From Botryllus schlosseri (lineage: Eukaryota), in NCBI GenBank assembly GCA_051294905.1, contig CM119385.1, positions 13,454,001-13,518,000 on the forward strand: a stretch of 64,000 nt of DNA, written 5' to 3'. The position numbers and the translations under genes were made by a program. Positions within the stretch are counted from its first letter, which is position 1. Each line of letters opens with the position of its first letter. The notes under the pieces were generated by a model. It was not told where the DNA came from. It was given only the letters and a program-made list of their open reading frames with translations, and made no database searches. Positions 1 through 14,868 of the stretch are shown piece after piece.

Positions 1-277
1 TAACTACTACTGAATTGTATTTGCATTGTATTTCAAATTGGTCCATGATACTGTGTCTTATTTTTCCTTTCGTTCGTTAGTTTATTTTAATTTCATTTTT
101 TATTTATTAGTTATCAACTGTGAAAATTGCTCCTGTCCCGGGTGGCTCGGCTCTGAAGACTATGTCATATCGAGCCTCCCGTCTACCTTGCATGTCACAT
201 TTCACTGTTACATTTGTGTAGTGTTATGTTGATATGTAATGTATACGAATAAAGATTCTCTCTCTCTCTCTCTCTAT
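1..277 (+). mobile_element. Probable 3' end of a non-LTR retroelement
   Basis: Ends in AATAAAGATT followed by (CT)n, a typical LINE/SINE tail. No ORF. Confidence 0.35.
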
Positions 278-1608
278 TAATGTATGATACCTAGCAACGA
301 CTTAGGCCACACAATGCCACAATACTCAAGTACATATTGACGTTTTAAACATCGCCAAATGTATCAACTGGGATAATCAAATGATATAATAATCTTATAG
401 AATAAATATCTTCCTTCGATTTGCCAACAATTTCGACGAGGACTTGCAAGGTAAAATAAGCCTACGCCGCAGCGGTCTATTGGCCAGACCGGACAATGTA
501 TTCGGCGTCTGAATATTGCTAATTCGATATTGAGCAGAGTGTGAAACTTATTTTTATACTTGCTACCGATATATTAACCCATTAACAAGTTACACAGCAG
601 TAGAAAACACCCCAATCGCACGAATTTGGTTTTTATTATGCAATAAATAAACACACGAAATCAAGATTGACCCGATAAGCCTGCTAGGTTTTTTTTTACA
701 TCAGACAACGATGTCATTTTCATTGATAGGTTGAATAAGCATCGATCGCTGATTACCTATAAATGTAGTGTATTTCTCTCTTAATGTTGTGTGATTGCGG
801 GTCAAGCTCACAGCAGAGAGTTACTAAATATTCACAAACGGAAAGTTGGATATTTCGAGCAAACTTTTGTCACAACGCCAGTAAAATTTTTGAGATTGCT
901 AGGGTGCATGCCCGTTTGGTGTTGATTTTTTTCTGCTGCCAACGTCACGCATAGAGTGGTGCAAAGTTGAAATGCAAGGAATTTCAACCAAATATGTTAT
1001 AATTATGTGAAAATGTTAATATATTAAAAAGGTTCACAGTGCAGAACCTACCAAGGTTCGTTTGTGAACGTGAACCTCTAAATTTATGAGGTTCACACAC
1101 AGAACGCGAACGTGAAACTTACGTTCACACCATCCCTAGAAAATACCAAATCCCGTATATCCCTCTTCAAATGTCTACAATGTCCATACTTGAAATATAA
1201 AAGCAATGCATTTTTACCGTAAGCCACCACAAATCCATAACAGTACTTTTAGACAATGAATAGGGTATAAGCTACCAATGTCTGGCGAGACTTTCCGAAA
1301 GAAAGAATTCCTTTATTTGCCCTTAGTTATCGTAAGTCAGGGTGCATTGGTGGCACGATCTCTGTTGCGTTTATGTCTTCGTGATTTTCGTCATCAAGCA
1401 AGAAACCTGGAAGTAGCCTAATTTAATTCATAAAACATCAACTCAACACCTGCTCTGGTTCATAATTCATATATCAGCAAATATCAGTAATTGTAATGTA
1501 CGTTGGCATTTGTTACCATGCAACGGATATATCTCCTTGGGTTCGTCGCTCTCATTAATCAGCCCTCATCCGCCGATAACTGGGAAAACACCATAAACAT
1601 GGTGTGGG

Positions 1609-2676
1609 CAGCACCGTAACTGCCGCACCCCAAACCCCCCAATTGGGGGGGGGGGGCGAGCTCGAAGGGGGCCCGAAATTATTTCGTGAATTAGCATAAA
1701 TCATAGACTTCGTTATATACACAAAATGTATATAGGTTTAATTGTCCATAGGCGCCTAAATGACTGGCGCCGAATGTTCCTGTCTTTGCAATCTGAACCT
1801 CACAAGACAAATACCATGCCGCTGGGAAAATTTTTATGCCAGTGAAGAAATACCAATTTGAAATCGTGTGCGTCTCTTAGTTTAGAAGCCTACGTCTGGG
1901 TAATTCTATATTTTTTGATATAGCCGACTGGAAGTCACGAAATAACATCATCTAACGAAGTCATATCAACGGGTCCGCCCGCCCGAAGATGTTTAATTAT
2001 TATTTACGGGCCCTCCCGTTTTCAAGACACTTCACTCAGCTCTACCGGTAAATCTAATTACGTGAGTAGAGAGGACAATAAATTGATAGCATAATATATA
2101 TGCAATCGCCGATCTGATTGACCGATTTTATCGTAAATTATCGAAAATTTTCGCGCCTCGCGCTATGGCTCACAGCACAATACAGATGATTTCATGACAA
2201 ACGCGAACAACGTGATGGATGGGTCGTTTCATCATCCTATGGGAGCCCAAGACACACGTTTTTGGGGTCCTGACGAGGTGCTGTTTCGTTCCTGCCAACG
2301 GGTATACGCCCGAAGATGTTTAATTATTATTGAGTGGTCCTACCTTTTCAAACACACCTCACTCAGCTCTACCGGCAAATCTGATTACGTGAGCAGATAG
2401 AAGATAAAAATTGATAACAATATATATGCAATTCCCGATCATACTGAGCGATTCAATCATGAATTCTAGAAATTTCCCGCGCTTCGAGCGCATATAGGCG
2501 ACAAAAGCTGATTCACTAAACAAATTTCCACCCAATATGTTAAATAGCGGTAAACAGGGTATCGCCGGAGGGGGGTCTGGGGGCCGAAGCCCCCCAGAAG
2601 TTCGGTTTATAACCCTATGGGGGGCCCAAGACCAAAGTTTTGGAGGGGGGGCTGACGAAGTGCTGTTACGGCCCTG
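1609..2676. mobile_element. hAT-type MITE with internal tandem duplication
   Basis: TIR CAG(CA/GG)CCGTAAC; TSD GGTGTG(G/C)G; about 1970-2160 repeated at about 2305-2490. Confidence 0.75.
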
Positions 2677-4181
2677 GGTGTGCGCACATTGATATGATAC
2701 GTCAGACTGTTAAATAATATTTTATCTCAGTCATGTATCTATACTACGTCCTGACTAATATCGAAGAGGACTCTCCACATTGAGACATCCGCTTAGTGGC
2801 GGAATATAATATCGCATTTGTAGTATTTGACCTCGTAGAGTTTGCCACTCGGTAGTGCGAGTTACAATATCAACAGTAAGGACGCCTCAATATCAACAGT
2901 AAGGACGCCCGACAGCTATTTTTGCGCAGTGCTTGCGTTTTATCGCGTTGTGATTTCCGAGGGCAGTGTTCCCGCGGATATGAATGTCCAAACAAAAAAT
3001 AAGGTCCCGATGCAACATCTACCTTAACCTAGGAGTGTAGGCTACTGTATAATACAGTATCTTACAATAGTCACAACGTATCATAGTCTATTTTTATATA
3101 CAATACAATGCAACTATAGTCGTACACGCACACCGAACCTATCGGATCTATTTTATACTTCAGTCATCTCTATATCTGTCTATTAGTGTTCAAACAGTGG
3201 AGATAGTTTGATCGGAAACGATCTAGCATGTTATTCTGTGAATATTAATCCTGGTGATTCCGAAAGGTATAGGCTTAAATATATCTAACGAGAAGGTATT
3301 CTAACCTAAGCTATCGAACTGTCCTATGTCATACAAGTTGGGTCCAATCTGGCAAGTCAAAAACTTGTATTTTAAACGTGAGTCATCGAGGCAACAGTTC
3401 CAAATAGAGAGTAGACATCATATTTCAGAAATTTTCAATCACGGTATAATATATTCGTTGTTAAAAAATCATTTATTATGACTCTAAAGACTTTATACGG
3501 GGGCCTGGAGTTATCGGCGCAATGAAGGGGGTTGCACAGATTCAAACGCGAAACCAACATAACCGATTATAAAGGACAATATAAATGCAATTTCTACAAA
3601 ATGAATACAGTTATGAAAACGGGCTTCAAGTTCTGTGCCGCGAACCGGCTATTTCAGAAAGGGTTGGTATATTTCCGATATACACCATGTCGCACTAGTA
3701 ATACGCATGAAATCCATCTACAAATTATCAATTTTACGAGATGTCGAGAGGCAAATTCTGTGATGATCGGACAACCGATATCGCCGCTTTAATCGGGGCG
3801 ATGTCTTCCTGCGGCTGACGTTTCAGGGCTTCAGCGAGCTCTGGCGTAAATCATTAAATAATGAAGCAATAATCCGAGCAAACACTGCTCGCTCTTGCAC
3901 CAGCACTAGCTCTTGCAATGCATCAGAAATTCAGTATATGGCGATTATTCCCTCACACCAATTTTCGCTTCGGATGCATGAGTTTCTTCCGGGATTGGCG
4001 ATCAGTAAGCAATTTCCGTACATGAATTAACAGTGTTTCGTAAAATTAGCGGACCTAAGGTGTTAATAACAGCCGATGTCATGCTATAACCAAATTTCTC
4101 AGAATATGAAAATGATGAATTTCGCCTATTTTATTTGACACCGATTCCAATGGGTGGAAACCAATCAATTACACCAATCCA

Positions 4182-4207
4182 CTTCCTCCTCCTCCTCCTC
4201 CTCTTCC

Positions 4208-4266
<59 letters not shown>

Positions 4267-4269
4267 TTC
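4182..4269. repeat. Compound (CCT)n(CAT)n microsatellite
   Basis: Directly visible; explains the poly-Ser and poly-Ile ORFs. Confidence 0.95.
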
Positions 4270-5307
4270 ATTTTATTCAAATTTTCATCACCTCAAAACA
4301 CCACAAGATTGCGATATAAGGAAGAGATTGGAGAGTGCCGAAACGACTTGGAGTAGTCCTTTGATTAGACACCCACCTTGGCCTGGAGCAGGGCTCTCAA
4401 ACTAAAATTTGCCCGTGGGTCAATTTCTTGGTTTTTAATGACGCCGCGGGCCGCAGCATAAGTGGTTTTCAATGTATTTCCTAGCAGGCAAAAATTTAAA
4501 TATTTGAATAAAATTGTTTTGGCACTCGATGTCGACGCCGGCCGCACTTTGAATGATCTCGCGGGCCGCATGAGACCTGCAGGCAATCTTCTGTCTAAGC
4601 TGTGCCCGTGCGCGGCCGCGCAGTGCTGAAAAAGTCGTCACGCACAAGAAAGCCGAAGTGATGACCTGGCATGTGGCGGACTCTCGGTCGGCGAGGTTGA
4701 TATGTAACATTGGGGTTTGGTAATCTTGAATGTATCTTGCTTCAAAGAATGCATTCAGTAAAATAATATAGCTTGTATTTCGACTTGAATGTGGACATGA
4801 TCGACGATTGCTGTCTGATATTTCCGGCGAGATGTTGTTCCATATACTTGATAGAGTGGGGTCCATAGTGGCTTCTCTGTCTGTGTACCGCCTTTTTGGG
4901 TTTCTTGGGGGTTGTGCACGACAGAAAAACAGAGCTCAGTGGAATATAACTTCATATGAATTGGTGTTTTCGACTTCTTTGCGTCCATTGGAGTGACTGT
5001 GACAGCTAAGTTTGGTACTAGAAAGTGCCGACGGATTGATATCCACCCGACGCTATAGCAGAAATCTGGTAAATAACGTATTATCCACCCAGGTATTTGC
5101 AGGGCCCGTGGACCTATTAACATTGGACATATTAGCATGTGGCACTTCAAGACGCCATACAGTCGCGCATGTGGATTAAAGTTATAGGGTTTAGATTGAA
5201 TTAAGGTCATGTTTCGGCTTAGTTTAAGGTTCGAGTTGGGGTTCGCTCAACTTCGGAGTTTGAGTTTGGGTTATAGTTTTGGTAAGTCACGTGCCAAGTG
5301 TCGTATG

Positions 5308-5747
5308 TAGGGTTATTCAAAACAAATATCAATTTAAAACAAACATGTTCAAAACACGACCCTTGCTTAAAACATGTTTTTTATTGTTTTTTTTTAAGTA
5401 ATGACGTCACGAATATTCAATTGTGACGCCATAGTGAATTGACATTGGCAATTGAAAATAAAGGTTAAATATAGCTCCTTTGACGAAATATCTACGTATT
5501 ATAGCTGTTGAACCGACTATTATGAGGGTTTCAACCATTCCATATCGTATACGTCGGCTATATCGGGTGGTAATTGTCCGTAAGCTCTTAGAACATGGTT
5601 TTTTTGGAAAGTATTTATTCACTTATGATTTGATTTTACAACTTAAAATGAAACACAATTTTTTTAACGGCCTTTGTTGAAAACACTGTTTAAAACATGT
5701 TTTAAACAAAATGTTTTAAACAACTATTTGTTTTAAATGCAACCCTG
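5308..5747. mobile_element. hAT-type MITE
   Basis: TIR (T/C)AGGGTT; exact TSD GTCGTATG; AAAACA/TGTTTT subterminal repeats. Confidence 0.8.
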
Positions 5748-6299
5748 GTCGTATGCTCAAATGCCAGGACGCCATTCGCAGCGGGTTGCACACATTTGGA
5801 AGCTCGCATTCTTACCCGCTGCGTTGTTGCCATTTGTCCCAAATGTGCTGTACATCGAGAAGTTTGAGGCAAGATACGTCAAACTTAACGTCATTATAGA
5901 TTGTCTTGATGATACGGACTAAGTCAATCGGAAATTATAATCTGGTTTACGCATTCAGTCATAAGTCTTCACAATGCTTATATAGGGAAGGACTTAATGT
6001 CGGTGTATCTTGTTGACGCAATACAATAAACTTCGTTTGACCTTACATCAAACACATTATATTTCAATGCTGTGCAAACATCACACATTTGCACTAAATC
6101 CGAATGGCGTTGCACTATTATATCGAATGCTTCAACCTCACGTGAGTAGTAGCGGTGTTGTTCGATGTTGCGCAAACACCACAAACTTTGCTTGCTTTCA
6201 GAGCAGGCAACTAAATGCAAGACAGACTTTACGCAAAAGTCGCTGTTCTGAAAATTTTGTCAAGTTAATAGTTTAAAAACTTATACTTGAGCACTACGA

Positions 6300-7930
6300 A
6301 ATATACAAGTACTTTACCTTTACACGGCGTTTTTTGTAAAATGAATACGAATTTTAGTAAAAATAAAAAATAAAAATGAGCGAAAAATAACATTTTATTC
6401 CGGAACGCAACAAGAAAAATCGTATGAATTTGTAAACTACTTATTCACGACATAATAATAATTCTACTTGTATACTCTTTCACATTTTATAACACTTTTA
6501 GTAGTACTTAACGGTTCTAGTTTTAAATAAAATTCGGAATATAAACTAATCGAAAAATTCGGTAACCAATTTCGCGTAGGCTATGCATACAAATGAGGAA
6601 AGTTACATCAACGCGTGTTAACTAGTTGTATTATGTAGCTTGTAATTCATGCAAGTAAGTCGGACAAATTCGTCGCATGAACACGACTCTAATGGACAAA
6701 ACGAAATGAAAATTTTGTCAAGTAGATATTTTTCGGTATGCTAACTTCGATGTTGTTCCATACCGAATAGCACTCGTCAAGGTTACACAAGCATAACCCT
6801 AAACTACTCTTTACTTCACAAAATATAAAGTTATTAAAGTAAGCAGATTTGTATGAAAACTCGTTAAATAGAAGTAAAAGTAGCCTAGAAACATAACTAC
6901 TTACTGAAAATCGTTACGTAGAAGTGGGGTTAGTCTACGAACATAACCACTTACTTACTTTGAAATCTCAACTTGTACTTGTATTCGTACTTTACCGTTA
7001 CACGGCGTTTTTGTATAATGAATACTAATTTTATTAAAAAATAAACAAAAAGCGCGAAAAATTACATTTTATCCCAGAACGCAGCAAGAAAAATCATATC
7101 AATTTTATAAAGTAGATAGAAAACTACACTATTCCGATGCACTAAAGACTCTTACACTCTGGATTTTGTGTAGTATATACTAATTTTACATTGCGGAGTA
7201 TTCCATAAAGGTTAGTCCAGTGATCCTCCTTCTATTTTCAATCACGATCCGCTTATTATTCTAGGCTTCGAACCCCACACCCAGTACGTTTTATGGGGAT
7301 TAATATTTTTAGAATAAATATAGCGTATCGAGACTTCGTGAAACTTACTTGGAAATAGTTATTTCTACCCTAATTTAAAAGATTTCTCAGATATCGTAGC
7401 AACGGAACTGGGTTGGCCGAGCGGTTAAGGCGTTGGACTTAAATTTCAATGAACAAGTGTTCACGTAGGTTCGAACCCCACACCCAGTACGTTTTACGGG
7501 GATTAATATTTTTAGATTCAAATATAGCGTATCGAGAACTACTTATTCATGACATAATAATAATTCTACTTGTACACTTTTTCGTATTTTATAACACTTT
7601 TAGTAGTTCTTAACAGTTTAAGTTTCCGGAATTGTTGCGTCTGACTACGTTACTAGGGATTATGTAGTTAGTTACGAAATTAGGTGTGCTATCTTCCCAA
7701 TCGGTATGGAACAACATCAAAGCAAGTTATTATCAAAACATAGTGATCAAAATTATCGCAGAGCAATACCGATTTTGCGTAAATTCCGTTATGCGTCTGA
7801 CTACGTTACTAGGGATTATGTAGTTAGTTAGGAAATTAGGAGTCCTATCTTCCCAATCGATATGGAACAACATCAAAATCATCACAAAGCAATATCGACT
7901 TTTGCGTGAATTCTGTTATGCGTTTTACTA
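6300..7930. repeat. Mosaic of local direct duplications around the tRNA
   Basis: About 6305-6435 matches 6985-7110; 6438-6520 matches 7541-7620; 7262-7335 matches 7466-7540; 7630-7795 matches 7790-7925. Confidence 0.75.
7407..7489 (+). tRNA. tRNA-Leu(UAA), intact or slightly degenerate
   Basis: 83-nt cloverleaf: acceptor stem ACTGGGT/ACCCAGT, D arm GCCGAGCGGTTAAGGC, anticodon arm TTGGA-CTTAAAT-TTCAA, long variable arm TGAAC/GTTCA, GGTTCGAAC B box, followed by TTTT. One A-C mismatch in the T stem. Confidence 0.8.
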
Positions 7931-10039
7931 CGGTAGTATGCGCACCTGCTTACAGGTGTCCAGACGTGGACTTTCTACTATATTCGCTCCTAACATTAGA
8001 GCAGCACCCGACGCAGCTTACATTATTACGTTATAAGACGCCGGCGGCGTTTCACTGTCGGTTTAATTAACCCTTATTCTAGTGACATGAAAAGGACTGA
8101 ATCGTATGAAATGTGGTGACTACAAGAATCGAGCGAAAGCGCTGTTTCACGCCGTCTGGTCGTGCTGGATGCGTTTGTGACGTTAACGCATGCTATTTTT
8201 TCGAAATAAATGAACAATAATTAATTAGTGATGATGCCGTTTCTTAATATTTACAGAGGTCTTGTGTATCATATATAGTCTTAAATACACATAAATTGAT
8301 TGCGCGATATTGGAATTTAATCTTCTGACGTAATCATCATAAAACCGCCGCAATATTTCAACGTTGATGAGTATTATCTGAGAGCTCATGTCATCCGCTA
8401 AAATACAAAGTCCAAATACACATAATAATATTATCTGGCGAACATAGCCTTGCATAGACATCAAGAGTTTTGGAAACTTATGTATAATCTGAATTTATAT
8501 TTATTTTTCGAAAGCAAGTTAATATAAATGGTCGAAATTTAATCATCTAACGAATAATGCGGAATTTAATCATCTAACATATAATGAATGTTATTTATTT
8601 CTCGGAAGCAAGTTATTCAATACATAATGCTAAATACACATGGAAAATCGGTATTGAAATTCACAAAACATTAAAATATCTCAGCGTGGCATTGGGCGTC
8701 ATATAGGCGTGGCAATTAGGGTGACGACGAACGTAAATAGCCTCAGGCAGGGGATTGGCCTGCGTATAAAGCCGATACCCCTACTACTCACGTGTTTCAC
8801 TGACAACACGAGTTACTTCGCGTAGCAGCCGACACATATCATTTATAAATAATATAATCGATCATAAGAGTCCCAAACGTTTTGACGGGTGCCAAGCATA
8901 AAATTTTAAGATATATATTTTATTGTAATATCAAAAGAATGCCGAATTTGTATAGTCAAACGGGTATCATTCTGCGATACTATGTATGCCTTCTGTTTAC
9001 GACTAATTCATCAATTCCCGAATTAACTGGTGTGGTAACATTCTGTTTTAGCTTAATCTAAAAGCTTCATAATGGACAATTTTCCCACCAAATATATATT
9101 CAAGCGTTGATGGATTTTGAATTGCGGCTTTAAATGACGGTGTTTTTTTGTCGTTTGTGCTACGTAATTCAACTGTTTTTTTAAACTATACCTGGAGTTA
9201 AACCGGGAATATCCAAGCTTTTGACAAGCTGGCCAGTTGAAGTGAAACCAGGGGCCGCATATAGGATTTTCTAGTATATTTGCAAGATCAACCACCTCAT
9301 TCAGAATTGGTAACGGTGATTGCGAGACTTACCGCAATATAGTTAGATATTGTATTATAAAAAACAAGCCACCAAAAAGTTTTTTCAGCTAATTCAATGA
9401 ATTTATTATGTTGATTTTGGTATCTTTGGCACTCGTCTCAAACGTATATCAAGCTTAGCTCAATTAAAAACCCATTTCTCGGGCGAAGTCTTCGCGGGCA
9501 GCAAATTTTTTCTCTGTGGGTCGCATTTAGCCCGCGGACCACACGTTGCACACCCCTGATCTAAAATTTGATGTTGACTCTTTCTTTGTCCAAGACGGCT
9601 GTCCGGCATTAGCTCTCTTCGGTTCTACGAAAAAACGCTTTCGAAATACCTACCCAACTATAAGAAAGAATGCGATGCTAAATCTGTACTTGTTGACCAC
9701 ACTGAAACCATATAGAAAAGATGGATACGTCACCGCCCGAAATAATTTATGGGAAAATTCCAGTAGAATGCATTTGTGTAGGGCACCTTCCCAACAGTGG
9801 GTTTATCCTCGTTTTCAATCATATTTTTCCGACGTTGTTGTTCAGTATTCATGACGTTTCGACATTATTGGTCATTTTGCACTAGGCCGATATCCAGATT
9901 TACCGTTACTGATTCATAGCACGGCCTGTAAAATTTACTAAGACACCGCCTTCTCACTATCGAATGGCGATAAGGCGCAGAGATAATCAGAGTAGTCTAC
10001 ATTGCTATGCTCAAGTAGAAGTATAGAAGTACTGCCGTA

Positions 10040-10520
10040 AGAGAAGTATAGGTATTTCCAAGACATCTCAAAACTACTTGAAGGGCAAATAGAAAATGGA
10101 AGGTATTAAAAATACTGGTACATAAGCAGATTTTGTCGGGTGTGTGCATGTAATTGTATTGTATCACTTATTCGGAGTTGGCTACATTCGAAATTGCAAG
10201 ACGCATCTTCGAGAGCAACGCAAAATGACGCATGACACTACAAATAGATGTAATCTTCAAAAATATATTCAGTTACCGTGATACAAGGGGATAGTTCACT
10301 TTGACGCGCGCAGTACGAATATTTCACTTATAAAATTGATACAAACTTAAACCTAAACTACGTTCTCAACGTTCTAAGATGTAAAGAGTAAGTAATATCG
10401 TCTGGAAAATTGGTAAGTATAGTTGAAATAGTCTAAAAACATAACCATACACTTGTGTAAGTAGCCCAAGTAGTCAAAGCATACTTGAGTATTCCGCAAG
10501 TGTAGAAGTAGGCCTACTTC
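10040..10520 (+). repeat. Dispersed AAGTAG-rich repeat, also at about 26460-26880
   Basis: Shared segments e.g. GCATCTTC...GCAAAATGAC and AAAATATATTCA.TTACCG, ACTTGAGTA. Confidence 0.55.
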
Positions 10521-11639
10521 AATACTGACAACCTCTGATGGCCTGGGTGCGGATTATTGTGTGTTAAAATCAGTGCCGTAAAAGCTTTTGTTTTCTTCCT
10601 GAAAACACGTTTTCGAAGATTTGCTTCCACAATGCAACCGCTCGAGCGTGGAGGGCAGTTCTTAGGTAAAGGTCAGAGAAAGAGAGAGCACCTAAGAAAC
10701 ACACAAACACGTCAAAGCACATCCGATATTTGTTGCCGCGGAATGTACAAGCCACAAATAACAGTCTTGTTTCGTTGTTGTTTTGAAAACCCCTGTACCA
10801 GAAGTGTCGGCTGTATTTTCAATTCTGAACTTACATTTTTACCTATACATCAAATATGCCATGTTATTTGAATGCGTGATAATAAAGTAACACATTTCGG
10901 GTTAACGGTCGCATTTTCGTGACTTAGTTATGGTGATAGTTGCAAAACAACACTTTAACAGACGCGTTCGCGTTTTCTCCCTGTCATAGTAGACGGATTA
11001 TTAAAGTCACGCCGCCCATTATGCTTACATTGTGAGCTCGGCGATCATTGGATATTCACCAAGTTACCACGGGCGTCCAGTTGCCCAGTGTTGTGATTGA
11101 ATGAATTTGCAATAATATCCCTTACAAATAGTCTGTCTGGCTTATCAGTATTTCTAGCTCGTAAATCCCTTGGACGCAAAACCTGAAGGAAGTACATCCG
11201 ACAGTACGTATGATAAACAACATCCGATTAATAAAGGGTTATGTGAAAGAGTTGTGAGGTAGAGATATGTGAAAATCAAATACTACTCTATAGGGAGTGT
11301 AGACCAACTTATCGTTATGTAATAAACCCGCATAGTTTCCTGTATGAAATAGGCAAATATTATGTATTATCTCAAATTTGGGTCTTCGATATGAAAGGTT
11401 TAGTCATCAAAAGTTGATGCCACTATATTTCCGAGTTCAAATATACTTATGTGACATTGAAATCAAAACGCATTTTAATCAGGATACGTATTTTTTTGTT
11501 TGGTTTTCACGTTATTTCGGATACCGGGTAGATACTATTTTGTAATTCCGGGGTCTCGACTTATAGCACAATTTCTTTTTCTTCTACGATATTGTAATAC
11601 GCCATTGTTGCGGATCGGATGACGATAAAGAGTCTATAG

Positions 11640-12356
11640 CAGTGGTTCTCAAACTGGGGGGGGGGGGGGGGCGCGAAGAAGCCACTGAAGGAGGGCGCGA
11701 AGCTGCGGTCAACTGAACTGAACTTAATTTACCTCCAATTCATAGTTATTGTTTTGCGTATATAGTCCGAATTTCATGTCTGAAATTCTCTCATCAACGG
11801 TCATAACTAGGGCAAGTTTTTGCAACTTTTGCAACTTTTTTTTACAGCTTCCGGCGTCTTCCTAAATACTAAGAAGGTATGTATAGTATGGTGTTTTAAG
11901 CTGTTTGGAGTAATCTGATATTGCAACTTTTTGCAACTTTTCACCATTTTTTCATGCAACTTTTTGCAACTATTTTCGATATTTTATGCAATTTTTTGCA
12001 ACTTTTTTAAATTTGAGGACCTTTCCGATTTGACGTACATTCACGCTACTGCCGAAAATTATATTTTCACTGGTTCCATTTTTTTAGGCTATTGATTTTG
12101 TTAACGTCGCCAGCACTGAGTTTTGCTACAGTGCCTTGCATATGGATCGATTCGAGTATCTCAAACCGTAATAATGTCGAGGAACTTGTCCATAAATGGT
12201 ACTTTTTAGTGCAACTTTTGTGAAAAATAAATGCAACTTTTGATTTTGATTTGACTGCAACAAAAAATGTTGCATTTTGTGATATGACGATAAGGGGGGC
12301 GCGAAATTTGTCACTATCATAAAGGGGGCGTGTCGAAAGTAGTTTGATAACCACTG
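11640..12356. mobile_element. hAT-type MITE (CAGTGGTTCTCAAACT family) with internal TTTTGCAAC array; terminal fragment also at about 42323-42380
   Basis: 16-bp TIR with 1 mismatch; TSD GTCTATA(G/C). Confidence 0.85.
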
Positions 12357-13981
12357 GTCTATACAGGCAAACCTCCAGGCTCCAGTACTAGTTGATTCTG
12401 GAGTCAACCTCGGTCGGCCTTAAACCTGCAGCCAAGTGATGCTGTAGGCCTGTAACAACGGTGGAGCATACCATTAGCTACTCGCCACCTATCTGTGCAC
12501 ATAAGTTTTAGAATACTGGATAGGGTCTAATTCCGTTTGCCGCGTTCGCTTTTGGGACCGAACGCTTCCGCGTGAATCTCTGACATGCCCGATCCAGACT
12601 CGCAAGCTGATGGTGTATCGCACTTCACTGGTCACGACAATAAATCTGGTTTGAAATGATAAAGAATGCAGACTGTCACTGAATATCTATATCAGTGGTC
12701 CTTACCCTTTACTAACCCGAGAACACTTACGCTAAGGTGCAATCGTTCGTGGAAGCCAAATTTTCGCTGAGTCATAAAAAAGCTACGATACACGTCTAAC
12801 TACAAATCTAATATTATCATAGATTACTGGTGCACATAATGAATTGTTCATCAGCAGAGTAATCAAAGAACAAACCAAAAAATTTGTTTTTTCACATAAA
12901 ACAGAAACATTATGATAAATATTTATTCCAAATCATTCTGACTTCTCTTTGAGATAATAGTTCATAAAAGCGAGGCATCACCTTGTAACATATCATCGTA
13001 TTGTTCGGTCAAAATGCATCAGCATGATACCAATTGATTAAGTACAAATTACTTTCATTATTGCGTTTTAATTTACTAGTCAACGCACGAATTACTTGCG
13101 AAATCATCGTTACTGATTTCGACATGTTGAGTATTTAGTGGAAAATGCGTGATTTGTGATTGTGAGGTCTCCAGATATACTGATCGCACCCACGACACCA
13201 TGCAGTCTGGCTACGTGGTTCACTGAGCTATATAAACAAGATACAATGAAAAGATGTACTTGAGGTGTCAAAACCCACCTGGGCCTATAGGCTAAGTGAA
13301 GTACTCGCTTCGGCGGTACACCATTTCTGGGATCACGCAGTTGCTGCCTCCCTGATCCCTTCCTTCCCTACTTGATGAGCATTTCAACCTAGAGTTTTTC
13401 TTCGATTCACCATTTTTTGAGACCACACGAAACACGGCGCTGTTACTGTCCGGAACTACAGTTATGAGAAACGCAAATGCCATGTTTGTGGATGATTAAT
13501 ATATTAAAACGAAATAAATAACAAAGATAAAAATGATATAAATTACTGAATTAATCGGTAGTCAGGCTTTTTACCTCTCCCGCGTTGAAATTGACGGTTA
13601 TCTGAAAGAAAAATGTGGGATAACTTGGGGCTAATATCTGCGAACAAGGTGTATCAAACAAACCGATTCAGATTGCAATTGTACTGAATAGACCTTTTTC
13701 GATGAGGCACCATCACATTGAAAGTTAGCCCCCTGCAGAGCCTACGACGTAAATTTTACGTCAACAAGGGCTAAACTAAAGGTATAGTAATTGGAACTCA
13801 AACTTTATAAATACATTGTCACTGTCTACCGTACCGTTGGCCTTATATATTTAGGAAAGTTCAGAAATCTTGTCGGCACGTCATTCTTCCTCAAACGAAT
13901 TCTCCCGCCACCACGGTAAATAGCACTTTCTGGAAAATGATCAGAGCACCCATGGGTCTTTTCTTCTAATACATTCTATCC

Positions 13982-14280
13982 TAGGGTTACCATATTTTGG
14001 AAATCTAAAAAGAGCAGACTTTTTCAGAATTTTCAGACCGAAGGAAAATTCTCAAAAAATGTTAAATTTCACCCACTTTCAACTTTCCGCTCAGCTCTTC
14101 TTCCATCTTTTCGGTGCTGATTTACGGCATCTCAGTCGGATTTTGCTATGAATATGACCAAAATCCTCAAAAAGAGGACATAATCTCAAAAATAGGATAA
14201 AAGGGCGTCCTCCGAGGACACTTTCAAAAAAGTCAAAAAAGAGGACAAATCCTCTTAAAAGAGGACGTATGGTAACCCTA
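13982..14280. mobile_element. hAT-type MITE (TAGGGTTACCATA family)
   Basis: 13-bp TIR; TSD TTCTATC(C/T); same family at 45270-45590. Confidence 0.85.
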
Positions 14281-14868
14281 TTCTATCTATCTTGCTTTCA
14301 GGGATTCATTGGTAGGAAAGCTGCATTATACGGAACATTGTATCAGTTCACAAGCAATTGTATGAAGCAAAGCACACCAAATTGACCATTCTTTGTTATG
14401 GACGATGATAAAAGTAGCAGGAATATAAGTGAAATTATCTTGTTTGATTCAATTATATCTGTTACTTTGTACCCCAGAAGGATCGGCTATTAGGTAACCT
14501 TTTAAATCCAAAGCTAAAGGTAAACCTAGAAAAACATTGTTTAAACAAATCGAACGCCTCACACACACAGAGCTATAATGAACTCGACTATACGGAATTT
14601 GCAATTTGAACAGTATTGTGCGTCATCTGGCATCAGAAAAATACATTCATTTCTAAACTATGCTGGACAAAACCCATATGCCGTTAAATATACCTTTCCT
14701 TCTAGTCCTACTTGCACAAGAATTTTAAGCAAGGATTGAGTACTAAGCTAATTATTGGCTGAACTGCCCATACAGAATACAAACAGTGAGCTAGCTGGAC
14801 ATGCCACTACAGATACTGATGAACTGATATGGTGCTGGGACTGCTGGCATATAGTCTGCTGTGATCAT

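Noticed and set aside
940-1138. TAGGG...CCCTA bounded segment with GTGAAC motifs
   Set aside because: No matching 8-bp TSD, so not counted as an intact MITE.
4135-4405. Poly-Ile and poly-Ser ORFs
   Set aside because: Both are translations of the (CCT)n(CAT)n microsatellite.
8225-8464. 79-aa minus ORF with a signal-peptide-like start
   Set aside because: The hydrophobic stretch derives from T-rich, acceptor-like sequence; no homology recognised.
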